A DNA stretch of 64,000 nt from Vicugna vicugna (Eukaryota): the NCBI GenBank assembly GCA_013265495.1, contig MU057711.1, positions 1,736,001 through 1,800,000 on the forward strand, read 5' to 3'. This document shows, piece after piece, positions 50,275-63,125 of the stretch. Numbering within the stretch: the stretch's first letter is position 1; each line of letters opens with the position of its first letter. Both the position numbers and the translations under genes were made by a program. Under the pieces are notes generated by a model, which saw nothing but the letters and a program-made list of their open reading frames with translations, searched no databases and was not told where the DNA came from.

Positions 50275-50850
50275 AACATGATTGGGTGCTTACTATGCAT
50301 CAGGCACTGCTGACGTGCTTTCCATTGATTAAACTCATTTAATCCTAGGGGAAGAATAAGAAGTCTTACTAGCCCCATTTCACAGAGAAGGAAACGGATG
50401 CAGCAAAACCTTAAGCTTTTGCCCAAAGGACCCAGAGCTGCTGCAGGGGCCAGCAGTGCACTGCCCCTCCTGAGCCACCCTGAGCTGGTGGACTGCAGGT
50501 GATGGAGAAGGGAAATAAAACAGAAAGCTCCTCACCTCTGCTCCCAGAACCTCACGAACACGCTGAGAAGAAAGAGCGCCCTAAGATGCATTTCAGGCCC
50601 TGCCTTAGTAGAAAAAGGCCCTGACCAATGGAACATAAATCATCCAACCTCAAGGTGATCCTTGAAAGAAGGGCCACTGTATGCTGGAACTGTGCTTTTT
50701 TTGCTTCCTATCTCATTTAGTCCTCACAGCAGCCCTTTGAGATGGGTATTGTTATCCCCACTCTATAGATGAGAAGGCTGAGGCTCAGAGAGGTTAAGTG
50801 ACTTTGCAGTGGTCACATAGCACAAGAGAGCTGGAAATCAAAGCCCACAA
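50275..50850 (-). mobile_element. Two MIR SINEs (about 50275-50450 and 50670-50850)
   Basis: ccccatttcacagagaaggaaacgg and ccccactctatagatgagaaggctgaggctcagagaggttaagtgact. Confidence 0.8.
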
Positions 50851-51564
50851 TGGTGCCAGTAAATCATGCCATCTGAGAGGTGGTTATTTGCTATTTATTT
50901 AATTTTTTTCCTTCTCTCTCTCTCTCTGTTTTTTTGGTTTTTGTTTGTTTTTTTTAGCTCATGGGGAGTCAAGAGAGGTGCCTCTTAATGAAGAATGAAA
51001 TAATTTGCTACAATTTGCTCCAAAACAGTATGCTTAATTACCACAAACGCCTCCCCAACCAAATCACTTAATTGAATTCAGATAGCATGTTTGATGTTAT
51101 ATATAATATTTTGCAAGTTAGTCCTCTTTGGGGAGCGTATTGATTGAGGAGGAAAACAGATGTTCTGGAAGATGTTTCCAGATCAGGGCTGGACCGGATG
51201 GCTGCAGAGTTGAAAGGATTTTACAAGTGCAAAGACAGTCGTGACACCAGGGGCCAGAGGGCAGGGCAGGTTTCACCCTGCTTCTCATCAGAAGGCCACC
51301 CTCCCAGCCCATCCCTCACCTTGACCCCCCAGCACAACTGTGTCAGCAGCGGCTCCCAGGGCCATTGTCTCTACCGGCCACACAGCTCCTGGTTGTGAGT
51401 GCCAGGTGAGAGGCAGGCAGAAGCGTCAGAGGCCTGGACGCACAAAGCCTCCTGGAGCTGATGGGTGAGCACGGGAGGGCTGAGAGGATGGATGCGCACT
51501 CTCTCTGATCTGGATGGCCACTATTTGGCCAGAGCTTTCCCAGGAAGGCGTTGAGCATCTTTCC

Positions 51565-53210
51565 CTAGTCACTCATTTGTCTGTTTATTCAACAAACATT
51601 GGCCAGATACCTAATATGTGCCATTCATGTAGTCAATCAGTAAGCATTTACTGAGTACCTACCACCTATCTTTTTCATTCATTCATTCAAAAAACGTGTA
51701 CCAGAAGCCTGCTGTGTGCAAAGTCCCAGGTTTTCATGGCACCTGCCCATGTGGGGCTCACAGTCCAGCAGGGGAGGAACATACTCACCTTCGGACACGA
51801 TGAGATACCACCTCCGCTAAACCTGAGGGACGGAGGCACAAGAGGGCAGAGTGGGGTGAGCGGCTAGAGCACCAGGAACACCCAGTCAGAGCAGTGATGG
51901 GGCTGGTGCCCAAGGATGAGGGACAGCCCACCTGATGGCCCGCACCTGGGATGGGAGAGAGACAGCCAGTGTGGCTGTATGGCGGACAGAGGGCAGGTGG
52001 AGACAAGCTGGTGTTGGGGAGCAGGCAGCACTGAGCTCGCAGTGGGCTGCACTGAGGGTCTCTACCTCAGGGCGATGGGGAGCCACTGAGGGCTCTGAAT
52101 GGGGAGACACATTCAGAAAGCCTCTCAAGTCCAACTCAGACAACAGATTAGGAATAGGGGGTAGGGGAACAGAACAGATTCCAGGAGAGCAGGGAGGATG
52201 CCAGGTTCTGTGCCAGGCACTGGGGGTTCAGAAATGAATGAGACATAGCGCCTGCCTGCTGTACCCACAGCCACTCCAAAAACACGGACAAGTCAGCAGA
52301 CCACTGCAATTCTAGGAGACCAGCACCTCATGGGGCAAGTTGGTTTTTGAATTTTTAATATTATTCCTGCTTTATTTGGTCAATATGTATTTTGAAATCA
52401 CAAAACAACGTTAAAGGGGAAGGTGAACACTTTTTCATTATTTCATTCAAAAAATATTTGTTGAGCACCTACTGTGTGCTAGGTCCTATGTATCCCATGG
52501 GGGAAACTACAAGGTTGAAGGCCTTTTAAACCCAAAGTCAACCCCCATAGGCCTTTCCAGGTTTCTCACTCAAAATATGCAACTTGGACACGTGTAACTA
52601 AGCACTGAATTTGCTGGCTTCCAAAGCAGCACCTACTGTGCGTCGGGTTCCGTGCAGCGAGCTATGCTGGTGATGACACAGACCAGCTACAGCCCACAGT
52701 GCACTGTGAGCATAAGCCTTGCAAACAAGAGCTGGACATGTGACAATGTGGGGCCAGAGACAAGAGAGGGTTCTGCAGAGGGACATCCCATCCGCAATAG
52801 GAGTCAAAAACAGATCTCATGAGTGAGGTGATGGGGGCACTGGATCAGACCATAGAGCATGGGAAGGGTTTTAATGGAGGAATAAGGAGTGGATGGTAAA
52901 GGCACCTTAGACAAGGAGGTCAGCATGTGCAAAAATATGCCAAGACGTCTGGAAACAGCAAATTACCAGCTTAGGCTGGAGCACAGACTGGGAACCAGAG
53001 GGTCATAACGTGGATAAGTAGACCGGGAAATAAGCATGGATTGCATCGGATGGTAGAACAAAATTGTGGGCTTTGTTCTGTAGGCAACGAGGAGCCACTG
53101 GAGTCTTTTAAGTGCAGAAATGGCAATGTTCAAGGGCTGCACTTTCAGAATATGAATTACAGCACAGAGCTGGGGGAGGCTGGTTGAGAGACCAGGTGAT
53201 TCACCACTAC
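51565..53210 (-). mobile_element. Cluster of L2 fragments (not continuous)
   Basis: Repeated antisense L2 tails (ttcattcattcaa, tttgttgagcacctactgtgtgctagg) and body (aggcaacgaggagccactggag). Confidence 0.7.
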
Positions 53211-53509
53211 CAGAGCTCAGAGGAACAGGGATGGAAGTGTGGACAGAGGTGGAAGCAGTAAGCCAACTTCCCTACAAGGTACAGTGGGGAGGGAGCCTGG
53301 CACCAGAAGGGATGGGACAGGAGGGCTCAGGCAGAGCTACAGGTGGACTAGTTCACTGTCATGGTCCCAGCTCAACAGTATCTTAAAGAACGTGGCCAGC
53401 TCATGTGACCAGATATAAAAAGATATAAAAGCTCCTATGATTTAGAATGATATAAAACGCCTGGTACATAGTAGGCTCTTCATAAAGATGGGAGGGGGAG
53501 AGGGAAAGT

Positions 53510-53760
53510 TTGGATGGATAGATGAGTAATGAAATGGATAGATGGATGAATGGGTGGGGGTGGGTGAGCAGATGAGTGAGTGGATGGACACTTGGACACT
53601 TGGCTGGATGCACAGATACGTGGACAGATGTGTAAGTGAAGGATGAGCAGACTGACAGAAGGGAGGAGGGAGCAGAGAAGGATAAGAGGCTGGACAGAAG
53701 GGTAGGCAGATGGATACATAGATGGGGGCGTTGGTGGGTGGATGAGTGGGTGGGTAGATG
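53510..53760. repeat. Degenerate (GGAT)n microsatellite
   Basis: tggatggatagatg...gggtgggtagatg. Confidence 0.8.
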
Positions 53761-54187
53761 TGTGTGCCGACAATAGCTCCTGGCAGAACATGACAAGAGA
53801 ATGCAGGGTGGCTCCAGCCAGGTAAATATATTCTGGGCTGATAACCCTTGGGCCTCTCCCTGGCTTACTCATCACTTAGAATTCAAACCTCTTCTCTCCC
53901 AGCCCCGCCCTCAGCATTCAGAGAGCCTGTCCAACAGAAAGATGTGGGATCAAGAGAACTGGCTGAAGACTAATTCCAGTTTTGCTCTGATTTGCTGTGT
54001 GGCCTTAGACCAGCCCCTTCCCCTCTCTGGCCTTCTCCTTGTCATCCAGTATAACGAAGGAACAGGACTGGGTCAGGATGCCTGTGTGCTCTCTGCACGC
54101 CCTCATCCACACCTTACTAGCCAAGCTTTACCAGTCTCTAAGGGTTCATTGCAAGCTGACCCCCATTTGCCAGGTGACCTTGAAGGA

Positions 54188-54374
54188 CAGTGGTTCTATA
54201 ACTTTAGAAAGCACTGGAATCAGCTGGAGGATCCGTTAGAACACAGACTGCTGGGCCTCACCCCCAGAGTTTCCAATTCAGCATGTCCGGGTGGGGCCGA
54301 GAATGTGCATTTCTAGCAAGTTTCCAGGTGATGCTGATGCTGCTGGTCCAGGGACCCCTCTTTGAGAACCACTG
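54188..54374 (-). mobile_element. Full-length MER5A MITE
   Basis: TIRs CAGTGGTTCT...AGAACCACTG, 187 bp long, with internal tgcatttctagcaagtttccaggtgatgctgatgctgctggtcc. Confidence 0.92.
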
Positions 54375-55589
54375 ATCTAGGCATCCCCGTCGGCTACTTC
54401 TCTGACAGTGTGTGCTGAATCCGGGCAGGTATCCTCCGGTGGCGGGCAACTCACCCTGCCCCACACAGGGGGCCTCCTGAAGCCACTGTCCCCTCGGGTC
54501 CCCGGGGAACAGCCTCTGACTGAGCGGGGCAGTCTGCAGCCTAGCCGTCACCCCTGCTCCGGGGCCCGGGCCCGCCCTCCCTCTACCGTGCTCTCCCCGC
54601 CTGCTTTCTTTCTCTCGGAGCCTGTGAGAGCACCATGCCTTCTGCCGCCTGCGCGCCGCCTGCCCCTGCCGCCCTCAGAACAGCTGTGGGCTTAATTATC
54701 AAAATAACATTTTAATAGTCTCATAACTGAACTCCCTTCAAAACATGCCAGCGGAGGAGGCGGGAAGGATTCTTTTTAGCACCTCTTCCTGCCCGACTTG
54801 CTAATCGAAGGCATTTAAGCTGCCAGGGGGCCCAGATGCCCAGCCCTGCCCACGGAGCGCCTCCTCCCCACCCCACGTGGCCGTGGCTTCCCCACGCGGA
54901 GCACATCGTACCCGGAGCTGGAGCCAGGAGTCCTCCCGCAGGCCCCACTCCTCCCTCCTTGTGAAAGGAAAAGCCACTCCTTCCCACAAACATAGTCATT
55001 ACTCAGGAACATGGATCTGCTAAGAGAACTTAGGCAATTCATTTGCGATCACCAGGGGTTTTACTTGCTTTTAACACCTTTTTTTTTTAAATTAAAAAAA
55101 ATCGCCATCACAGGCATTAACTCTGGCTTCTCCTTTCCCTGCTACTCCACGTAATAATTCTACAGGGAGGCCTAGCTGGTATTTAGCTCCTGAGTTAAGC
55201 TCCACTAAACAAGCCCAGTGCAAAACTAGCATCACAGATCACAGTGTTTTTCCCTCCCCTTTGCTGCAGCCCCCTTCACTCTCTCATTCTTAAAGCCAGC
55301 TAGCATGGCATTTATCCAGTGCTCTCTGTGCCAGGGCTGTGTGCTAAGGATGGACCATACATTGTATCTTATTACACCGAATCCTTGTTCAGAAGCCCAA
55401 GGAGAAAGGCTGGACTACTCATACGATCTCCGCTCACCCCAGACGAAACTGCAGCTAAGAGAGGCTACACCCCTAGGTGTCCTGCTAGCACGGGGTGGGG
55501 GCAGGGAGGGGGAGCTGGGCAGGTGTGTTTTTAGCAAGGCCGCTGTCCTCCCTTCCTAGCTGTTGACCCTGAGTGAACTGTCTTCTAGG

Positions 55590-55755
55590 CCAGGGTTTCT
55601 CAGATTTGGTAAGTAGGTGAATCGCCACGGACTCTTTAAAATGCAGATTCTGGTTCAGTCGGGCTTGGGCAAGGCCCATGATTCTGTATTTCTAGCACAC
55701 TCCGAGGTGATGCTAATGTTGTCGGTCACTGGGCCATACTTGGAGGAGCGAGGCT
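55590..55755 (-). mobile_element. MER5-family MITE
   Basis: aaaatgcagattctggttcagt...tgtatttctagcacactccgaggtgatgctaatg. Confidence 0.75.
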
Positions 55756-56976
55756 CTGGGAGGCAGGGCCCGGGGAAGGCGAGGCCAGCCCCCCAGCACA
55801 GTCAGACCAGAGACGCCAAGTGAGGAGTGTTGAGCCTCCTCCCACAGCTCAACCTCGGGCTGATGGCCCTGGTTCTCTCTCCTGACACTCTCACTAGCAC
55901 CCCAGGTAGTCGCCCCAACTCCCAGGAGAGAAACAGGAGGAGGCACTATTTCAGAGGCCAATATTCTCACCCTACCCTATTCGTTTGGCTTCTCAAACTC
56001 CACACCCAGCCATGGAACAAGGGGCTGCCTTTGCTCTGTGGAGGAAATTGTCAGAAATAGGCAAATCCCTTTAACCTTCGTCACATTCCCTGCTGCCTAC
56101 ACTGAGCACTTACCATGTAGCAAGAAAGGCACTGTGGGAACGTGGGACCGGATATGGCACCTGTCCCCAGGCCCCTGACTAGTGGACAAGAGTTGCTGCC
56201 GTCTAAGGCAGCTCATGGTTCCAGGTGGGCTCACGGTGGGGACCAGGGATACCCGAGCAAAAGCAGAAGCTGAGCTGGGCATTGCCAGTAACCCCCGGCC
56301 CTGAGGAATTTGGGTCCACATAATATTAGCATCAATGCAACTAAGCTTACTACCAATAATAAAGGGGACCCTCATGCTCCCTAGACATCAGCTGGGGTGG
56401 GCACTAAGTCATAGACTCGGGGACTCAAGCTTTTGGGGAAAGGGACTCGAGTCATGGCAACTCGGGGTCAACCCTTAGTAAACTGGCCACCAGCCCATCA
56501 GAGAACCAGTCCGGCTCAACAACCCGCAGAAACCACACTCTCTACTGGCCACAGGCCTGCTCTAGCGGAGTGGAGAGCCCTGAATTCAAGCCCTGCCTCT
56601 GGCCAGCCAAGCCATGTAACCTTGGGCAGATGGGTTTTCTTCTCTAAGCCTTTTTTTCATCAGCCATAATGTAACAGCATGTTACTTGATTCATAGAGCA
56701 GACACTATATGTATTCTTTATCAAAGTAAAAGCCCTTATCTTTTTTAAACTGTAGTTTAATATATTCAATTAAGTGAGTACTTACTAAGCATGTGCTAAG
56801 TCCAGAACTGGGGTTAGGAGAACACTGGGTGGTGCAGATGAAGAGACAGATGAGCCTCTGTTCTCAAAGAAGACAGAATTTAACTGAGAAGGTGTGCCAA
56901 ATGCGGGCGATGTAATTAAAGACACACAGACAGACAGACAGACAGTAAGGCAGTAAGTGATTGGGGGGACAAATCC

Positions 56977-57196
56977 TCAACATCACTAACTATTCAAGAA
57001 ATGCAAATCAAAACTACGATGAGGTATCACCTCACATCGGTCAGAATGGCCATCATCAAAAAGTCTACAGCTCATAAATGCTGCAGAATGTGTGGAGAAG
57101 GAACCCCCCCTACACTGATGGAGGGAATGCAAGTTGGTGCAGCCACTATGGAGAACAGTATGGAGGTTCCTTAAAAAACTGAAAACAGAGTTACCA
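56977..57196 (+). mobile_element. L1 ORF2 C-terminal fragment without 3'UTR or poly(A)
   Basis: gaaatgcaaatcaaaactacgatgaggtatcacctcaca...gtgcagccactatggagaacagtatggaggttcctt. Confidence 0.92.
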
Positions 57197-58706
57197 GGAC
57201 TGAGGGCCAAACCACCCTGGCAGTGCCAGGCCAGCTGGGAAGGCTGTCTGCACAAAGGTCGCTTTGATCCGTCTCCAGGAATGGGGAAGATTTGTTGAAA
57301 AAGAAAGCAAGAATCACAGCAATCATAATATTGGACCTCTATCCACTCATTACTACTTGGTGCCAACATTGTTCTAAGCACATTCCGTATTTAGCCCATT
57401 TAACTCTCAGGACCACCTGAAGAGGGCGGGCGGTGGTCCCCACCATCACCACCATCTTACTGAGGAAGAAACCATGCAGAGGTTTCAAGACTCGCCCACA
57501 GTCACCCCCACTCACTCACAAGGAGCAAAACTGAGACGCAAAGCAAGGCAGATTGCAGGTTCTTAACTACTTGGTTCTACTGAGGCCAGGCAGAAACCAG
57601 TATCTCTTGAAACAGAGAGAAAGGGAGGGCTGGTACTTCATGTGAGCTGTGTGGAGAACCCAGGGCGGGACAGGGGGCAATGCAGGAAAAGTAACGGCAG
57701 GGCAGTCCCAGCCCCTGCAGAATGTGCAGCAGGTAAGGGCAGCGGGGCCAAGACCCCCAAGTGACTTGGGGGTCCGACAAGAAGCCTTGTCAGCAGCCCC
57801 CCTGCAGCTCCCAGCTCTCCTTGCTCAGGGAGGGGGCTTCCTCCATGCCCCCCCATGATGGCCCCTCTGTAGGAGCAGCTCCCACTGTCCTACCACGGCA
57901 GGCGTGAGAGGCCCATCTAAGGCATAATATCTCTGGTTTCTATTTGCCAGGAGAGACCCAGCTCCCAGGGCTAGACCTAGACCAGGGCTGGTTGTGACAC
58001 TGCACGCACATCAAAGTCAAGGTCCGAACCTGCTTGGCCTGGACACCTGCCAGACACACACCACGGTCCGGGGGAGAGAGAGCTAGAGGGATGGGTGCCC
58101 AGAGCCTGCGCTTGGAGGAAAGGCGTCAGTGCAAGGGGCTTTGGGAGGACGGGAACAGCAGAGACAAAGCAACGGGATTCCAAAATCCTCGCCTCCCCGG
58201 GCAGGGAGCCGGGCATGCCATTGTCCACGGCCTTTGAAGCCACCCAAGTGGCACCAGTCCCAGCAAACAGCCCCTGAGACGGGACAGGAATCTGAATCTT
58301 TGTCGGCAAGTGGCCGCCTGCCCGGGGACCCCCCTCAGCCACAAGCTCCTCTCCCATCCCGGAGGGAGGGGGGCGGCCTCTCTCCAGCTCAGCACTCAGC
58401 ACCAACCAGGCTTCCCAGGTCGAGCTAGGGAAGGGCCTCTTCCATTTCTGAAGGATCTTCCTCATTTCCTCCACCCTTCCACACGGCACTTTCCAGAACA
58501 GGATATTAAGGGAAGAGAAACCAAGGGCTTTCGGGGTTTTTAGTCTCCGCTCCAGGGAAAAACAGACACTCATCCCTGTCTGAAATTGCTTCACTCTGTG
58601 AGCCCGTGGGCCGCGGGAGCCCTCCCGCCACAGATGAGCAGAAAATAGAGTTTGTTTCTCCATCTCCCAGCCCCCGCGCCTCTTGCCCGCCCTCCCTCCC
58701 CCACCT

Positions 58707-58826
58707 NNNNNNNNNNNNNNNNNNNNNNNNNNNNNNNNNNNNNNNNNNNNNNNNNNNNNNNNNNNNNNNNNNNNNNNNNNNNNNNNNNNNNNNNNNNNNN
58801 NNNNNNNNNNNNNNNNNNNNNNNNNN
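58707..58826. other. Assembly gap (120 N) within GC/CpG-rich sequence
   Basis: N run. Confidence 0.99.
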
Positions 58827-59162
58827 CCCGGCGCGCGGCTGGAGGCTGGGGCCTCGTGGCTCCACGCGGCTGCCTGGTGCCAGGGAGCAGGGCCCCGGCT
58901 CCCACAGCTCGCAGCTCTGGACAGGGAGGAGGAGCAGCAGAAACCCTGCCCGCTGCCTCCCGTGCCCTGAACCGTGCGGCCTTCAAATAACCCTGGACCG
59001 AGGCCCTTCTCGGGAAAGCAGACCCAAGGACCTTTTGTTCCCTGAAATATTCAGGTTTTCAGGTCATTCTCTGGCCTTGCCAGGAGTGCAGTGTGCTCCT
59101 GGCTTGAACAAAATGCTCTGGTGTTAAAATATTCATCTGTTTTGGGGGGGGATGGAGGTGTC

Positions 59163-59187
59163 CGTGTGTNNNNNNNNNNNNNNNNNG

Positions 59188-59224
<37 letters not shown>

Positions 59225-59227
59225 ATG

Positions 59228-59260
<33 letters not shown>
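59163..59260. repeat. (TG)n microsatellite containing a 17-N gap (59170-59186)
   Basis: Two long TG runs separated by ccatgtcc. Confidence 0.95.
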
Positions 59261-59263
<3 letters not shown>

Positions 59264-60199
59264 TTTCAGGGAAACAAAAACATTGTTTTCCCCTCATCCT
59301 CTGCTCCCCAGCACACCTGGGAGGTTCCACCTTGATTTTTGGCAACATTTTTTTAGATTCCTTGATGGTTCCCTAGGATGCAGAGGTGAGAGAGACACAG
59401 ATGGATGGATTCAACTAGTTGTTGCCTCTCCGAGGGAAAGGGAAGGGAGAGTGAATGTTTTCTTGGAAGTTAATTCAACCCAAAGCTGGGCATTGGGAAC
59501 ATTCTGTCCAAGCAATGAATCCCTGCCCCCTCCCAACCACTGCCCCACCCCCAACATAGCAAAAAGCCTGTCTACTTTCCAGAGATGCATGCATGCCCAC
59601 TGAGCAGGCCCCCAGCGGGAGGACCCCCCTTGGGCCACTGGACCGGACTGGGGCCCTCAAGTTGCTTTAATTATCAGTCACTCCACCTCCTTCCCTTCGC
59701 TCCTCAGCCCCCATCACAGGAGCCTGTCAAGCGTCCACCCCGAGGACCAGGAAATCAGCTACCTACTGGCCCTGGTCTTTAACTAAAGGCTCGAGCTCAA
59801 TTATACCACAGACCTTGGGGATCTCTGGAGTGATGACTGGAGGAAGGGCTGTCGGTGGGCATGGGGGGAGGGGAAGGAAGGGTCGGGCGTGCTGAACAGG
59901 CTCCCACCCCCTCCCCTAGAGGAGCTGGGGAAACCGAGGCTGGAGAATGAGTAACGGTGCATGGAGGGTGGGGAGGCAGGGAATCCAGGAGCCCCATCCC
60001 ATCCCTTCTCAGGAGACTGCCATGAGGGATTCCCAGTAGTGTGAGGAGAGAGAAGACAGGTGACACCTGGGTGATTAGTCCTGGGAAGCAAGAGGACCTC
60101 CCTCCGTGGGAGGACGCAGGGACCACAGGTGGAGGCTGACCAGCTGCAGGAGCTCGGTGTCATCAAGCCATTCAGGACCAACCCTTCTTCCTGCCAGGT

Positions 60200-60885
60200 A
60201 CACGTTACCAGCGAGTCTGTCCATCTACCTTTCAAAACGTGCCTTGAATCAACCCCCTTAACCCCTGCCACCACCATGGCCACCATCTCTGGCCAGGATG
60301 AGAACAGTGGCCACCCACTGGATGGACTGTGAGCATCCACTCTTCTCCCTGGTGCTCTCATCTCCTCCCGGCAGCCAGCGCATCTCTTTATAGGGTTGAA
60401 GTGGGAAAATGTCATTCGTGACTTAAAGCCCTGCATTGGTTTCTTATTGCAGAGAATAAAGTCCCAGTTCTTGACCACACCCCAGGAGGCCCGATCTGGC
60501 CCAGCCTCTCACTTCATAACAGCCATGGTCCTGATCCCTTGCCACAGCCTGGTCCCACACATCGGCTTTCATTTCCTGGAAGATGCTGAAGCCTTTCCAG
60601 CTCAGGACTTAACAATCTGCCCCCACCTCTTCACCTGACTGGCTCCTTCTCATCCTTTAAACTTCGGGTTAACTGACACCCTCCCCAGTTTTCTCCATCC
60701 CTGCACTAATGACACATCTCTCTGTTTGTAACTACATATTGGTGTGCTTGCCTGTTTAGTCTTGGCTTTTCCATCTAGACAGTAAGTTACATGTACGTGG
60801 GGGGAACACACTTCTCCACTCACCAGTGCCCAGCACAATGCCTAGAGAAGAGCTTTCAATGGATGTTTGTTGATTGAATCAAAGA
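60200..60885 (+). mobile_element. L2 3' region
   Basis: ctaccttcaaaac...agaataaagtccca...ctggctccttctcatcctt...gtgcccagcacaatgccta...gtttgttgattgaat. Confidence 0.8.
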
Positions 60886-62779
60886 TATACACGGTTGTGA
60901 GTTAGCTCAAAGCAGAACCTCTCTATAGTCAGAGATGAAGAAAGGTAGGGTTCTAAACAATCCACACAGGTAGGACAGAAGCAAATATTCCTCTACCCTG
61001 CAATGAATATCAACCTTCCCTGCTCCATCTTAATTCCTGATCACATTTGAATTCAGATATTTAAGGTGCCAGAGAAGCAAATATTATACAGTGCTCTGAG
61101 AAGGCCTCCGAGGCTCTCCATTCAAGGGTAGAAAAGTTTCACTTCCATAAAGACTAATAAAATCTTGCTGCCACCGAGCAGGCAGTGGGGACTGTACTCA
61201 GAGAGACTGTGGGGGGCCCTGGATCCTGAGAGCGTGGAAACGCAGGCTGTGACCAGAATACGGGAGAAGCTGGGACCTGCCAGGAGGACCTGGGGCCTGG
61301 TGGGGCCCAACGTATGCACAGAGGAAGGGCCCCAAGAGTTCGTGCACTGAGCAGATCTATGCCCAGCCATGAGCTTTATAACAATAAATGATGCTTGCAA
61401 TTGCCACAACCCACTGCAGTCCTCCTTAAGAGCCATGGACAAAAAACAAACACGTCTTCACCAAAAAATACAAATCAGGGGGAAAAGATGCGATCTGCTT
61501 CTCCAGTTCCACTGATGTGGGTTTACCCATCATTCTCATGTAATCAGAAGCACATTAAACATTTCTAAAGTCTCTTCTCTTTTCTGTGGCTGATTAAGCA
61601 GTTGGGAGCAGAGAGTTTACTGTGAAAAAAAGCAAACAATTATGTGCTATCTGAGGTAAACATTACCTGAGGAACCGAAGCCGAGATGTGCGGCTCCATC
61701 GTCAGTAGGGATTATCATTATAATACTTAAAATAACATTTATAACACTTACTGAAATTACACGACTGAAGTCTGCAGAGACACGGAAATGAAATCAGCTC
61801 AATGTGTTTTTATAAGAATACTGAAATCTCTGGCCCTTAGAGGAAAGTTAGAGGCATTAACAGTTTTTGCCGGGGCCTCCATTAGCTGGTAAAATTTGAA
61901 TACCGTTTCTTAGGTGAGCTCTAATCTTCTTTGAATCCTCCCAACACATTTTATCTGTAAAAAATTGTAGTTAAAAATTTAGTTTGATGGAATGATATTT
62001 AAGTGTTTTTCCTCATCTAACTCCCAGAAAGCGCCCCAGAGAGTCTCCCTGTAATTTGTTCAAACGAAATAATATTTTCGTTTCCCCATTTCTCTTTGTT
62101 GTCTTGTGTGATGAAAAGTAACATTTCTTTTCTTTCAATCCTATTAAGCGAGGCTCGAGGAATGCCAGCCACTCAATCCAAATGCGATCTGGCAGACAGA
62201 CACGCGGCTTAAAAAACAGGACCTGCCAACCCGGGTTTCTGTCAGGAGTTGACATGTCACCAGGCACTGGAGACGTGCAACATTTCCTGAGCAATAACCG
62301 GGGTTACCAGCAAGCTGAGTGGGTTCTTTCTCTCTTTCTTTTTCTCAGCTGACACATTGGGAACCTTGGCTCAAATATTCGGTCATTTGCACATATTCGG
62401 TCCCCACGCCCGCTGCAGTTTACCATGCTCACGTGTCCTGAGCCTGCCTGACACCTACCCTCCACCGGGGAGGTTTGGCCCCTTCTTCAGCTACAGGACT
62501 CGCTCTCTAGGGCAGTCTCTCCAGGCAGGAAGGGGCATGAGATCCTGCTCTAGTCCCTTCCTGGATCCGCTGAGCACCCCCGTCCTCCTCTTCTCATCCT
62601 GCATGACCTCCCTCCTCATGGCTGTCATCAACAAAAGCAGTTTTACAAACTCCAACTCACTCTCCAAAGCCTGCTATCAGATGTCACCTCCTCTCTGAAG
62701 CCCTCCCCAGCATCCGAAGTCATCCATGCTCCTGTCTCACTTTGCAAATGCTTTGACTCTGGCCAGAAAGATGTGATTA

Positions 62780-63125
62780 GATAAATGATGGTGTAGCCAT
62801 CTGATAAAACACTATGCATACTCTTTTCTTCTTTTTTTATGGAGTGAAACCAAATGAGTTGATAAGGAACTATGTCCATGGTGCAGTGCTAAAAGTGAAG
62901 TAAGTAAGATGCAGAATAACAAGTAGAATTGATCCTATTTGAATAATACATGTGTCTATGCATAGAAAACTCTTGGAGGACACATAAAAATCAGTAAGAG
63001 TGGGGAGTGACTTCTGGGGAGTGGAAATTGAGGGAGGAGCCAAGAAGATGGGAGAACGTATACTCTTTTAGGTTTTTGAGTCATTTTTCCATGAGCAGGG
63101 ATTACTTTTCTGACTAAAAATAATA
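62780..63125 (+). mobile_element. Old L1ME-like 3'UTR fragment
   Basis: gatgcagaataac...tgcatagaaaac...tttccatgagc...ttacttt...aataataaaa. Confidence 0.6.

Noticed and set aside
56986..57381. ORF with [18 protein letters not shown]
   Set aside because: This is the familiar antisense translation of L1 ORF2 DNA.
57977..58663. 228-aa ORF, and the similar 225-aa ORF at 59801-60478
   Set aside because: No recognisable domain. The second is partly antisense L2, and such lengths occur by chance in GC-rich DNA.
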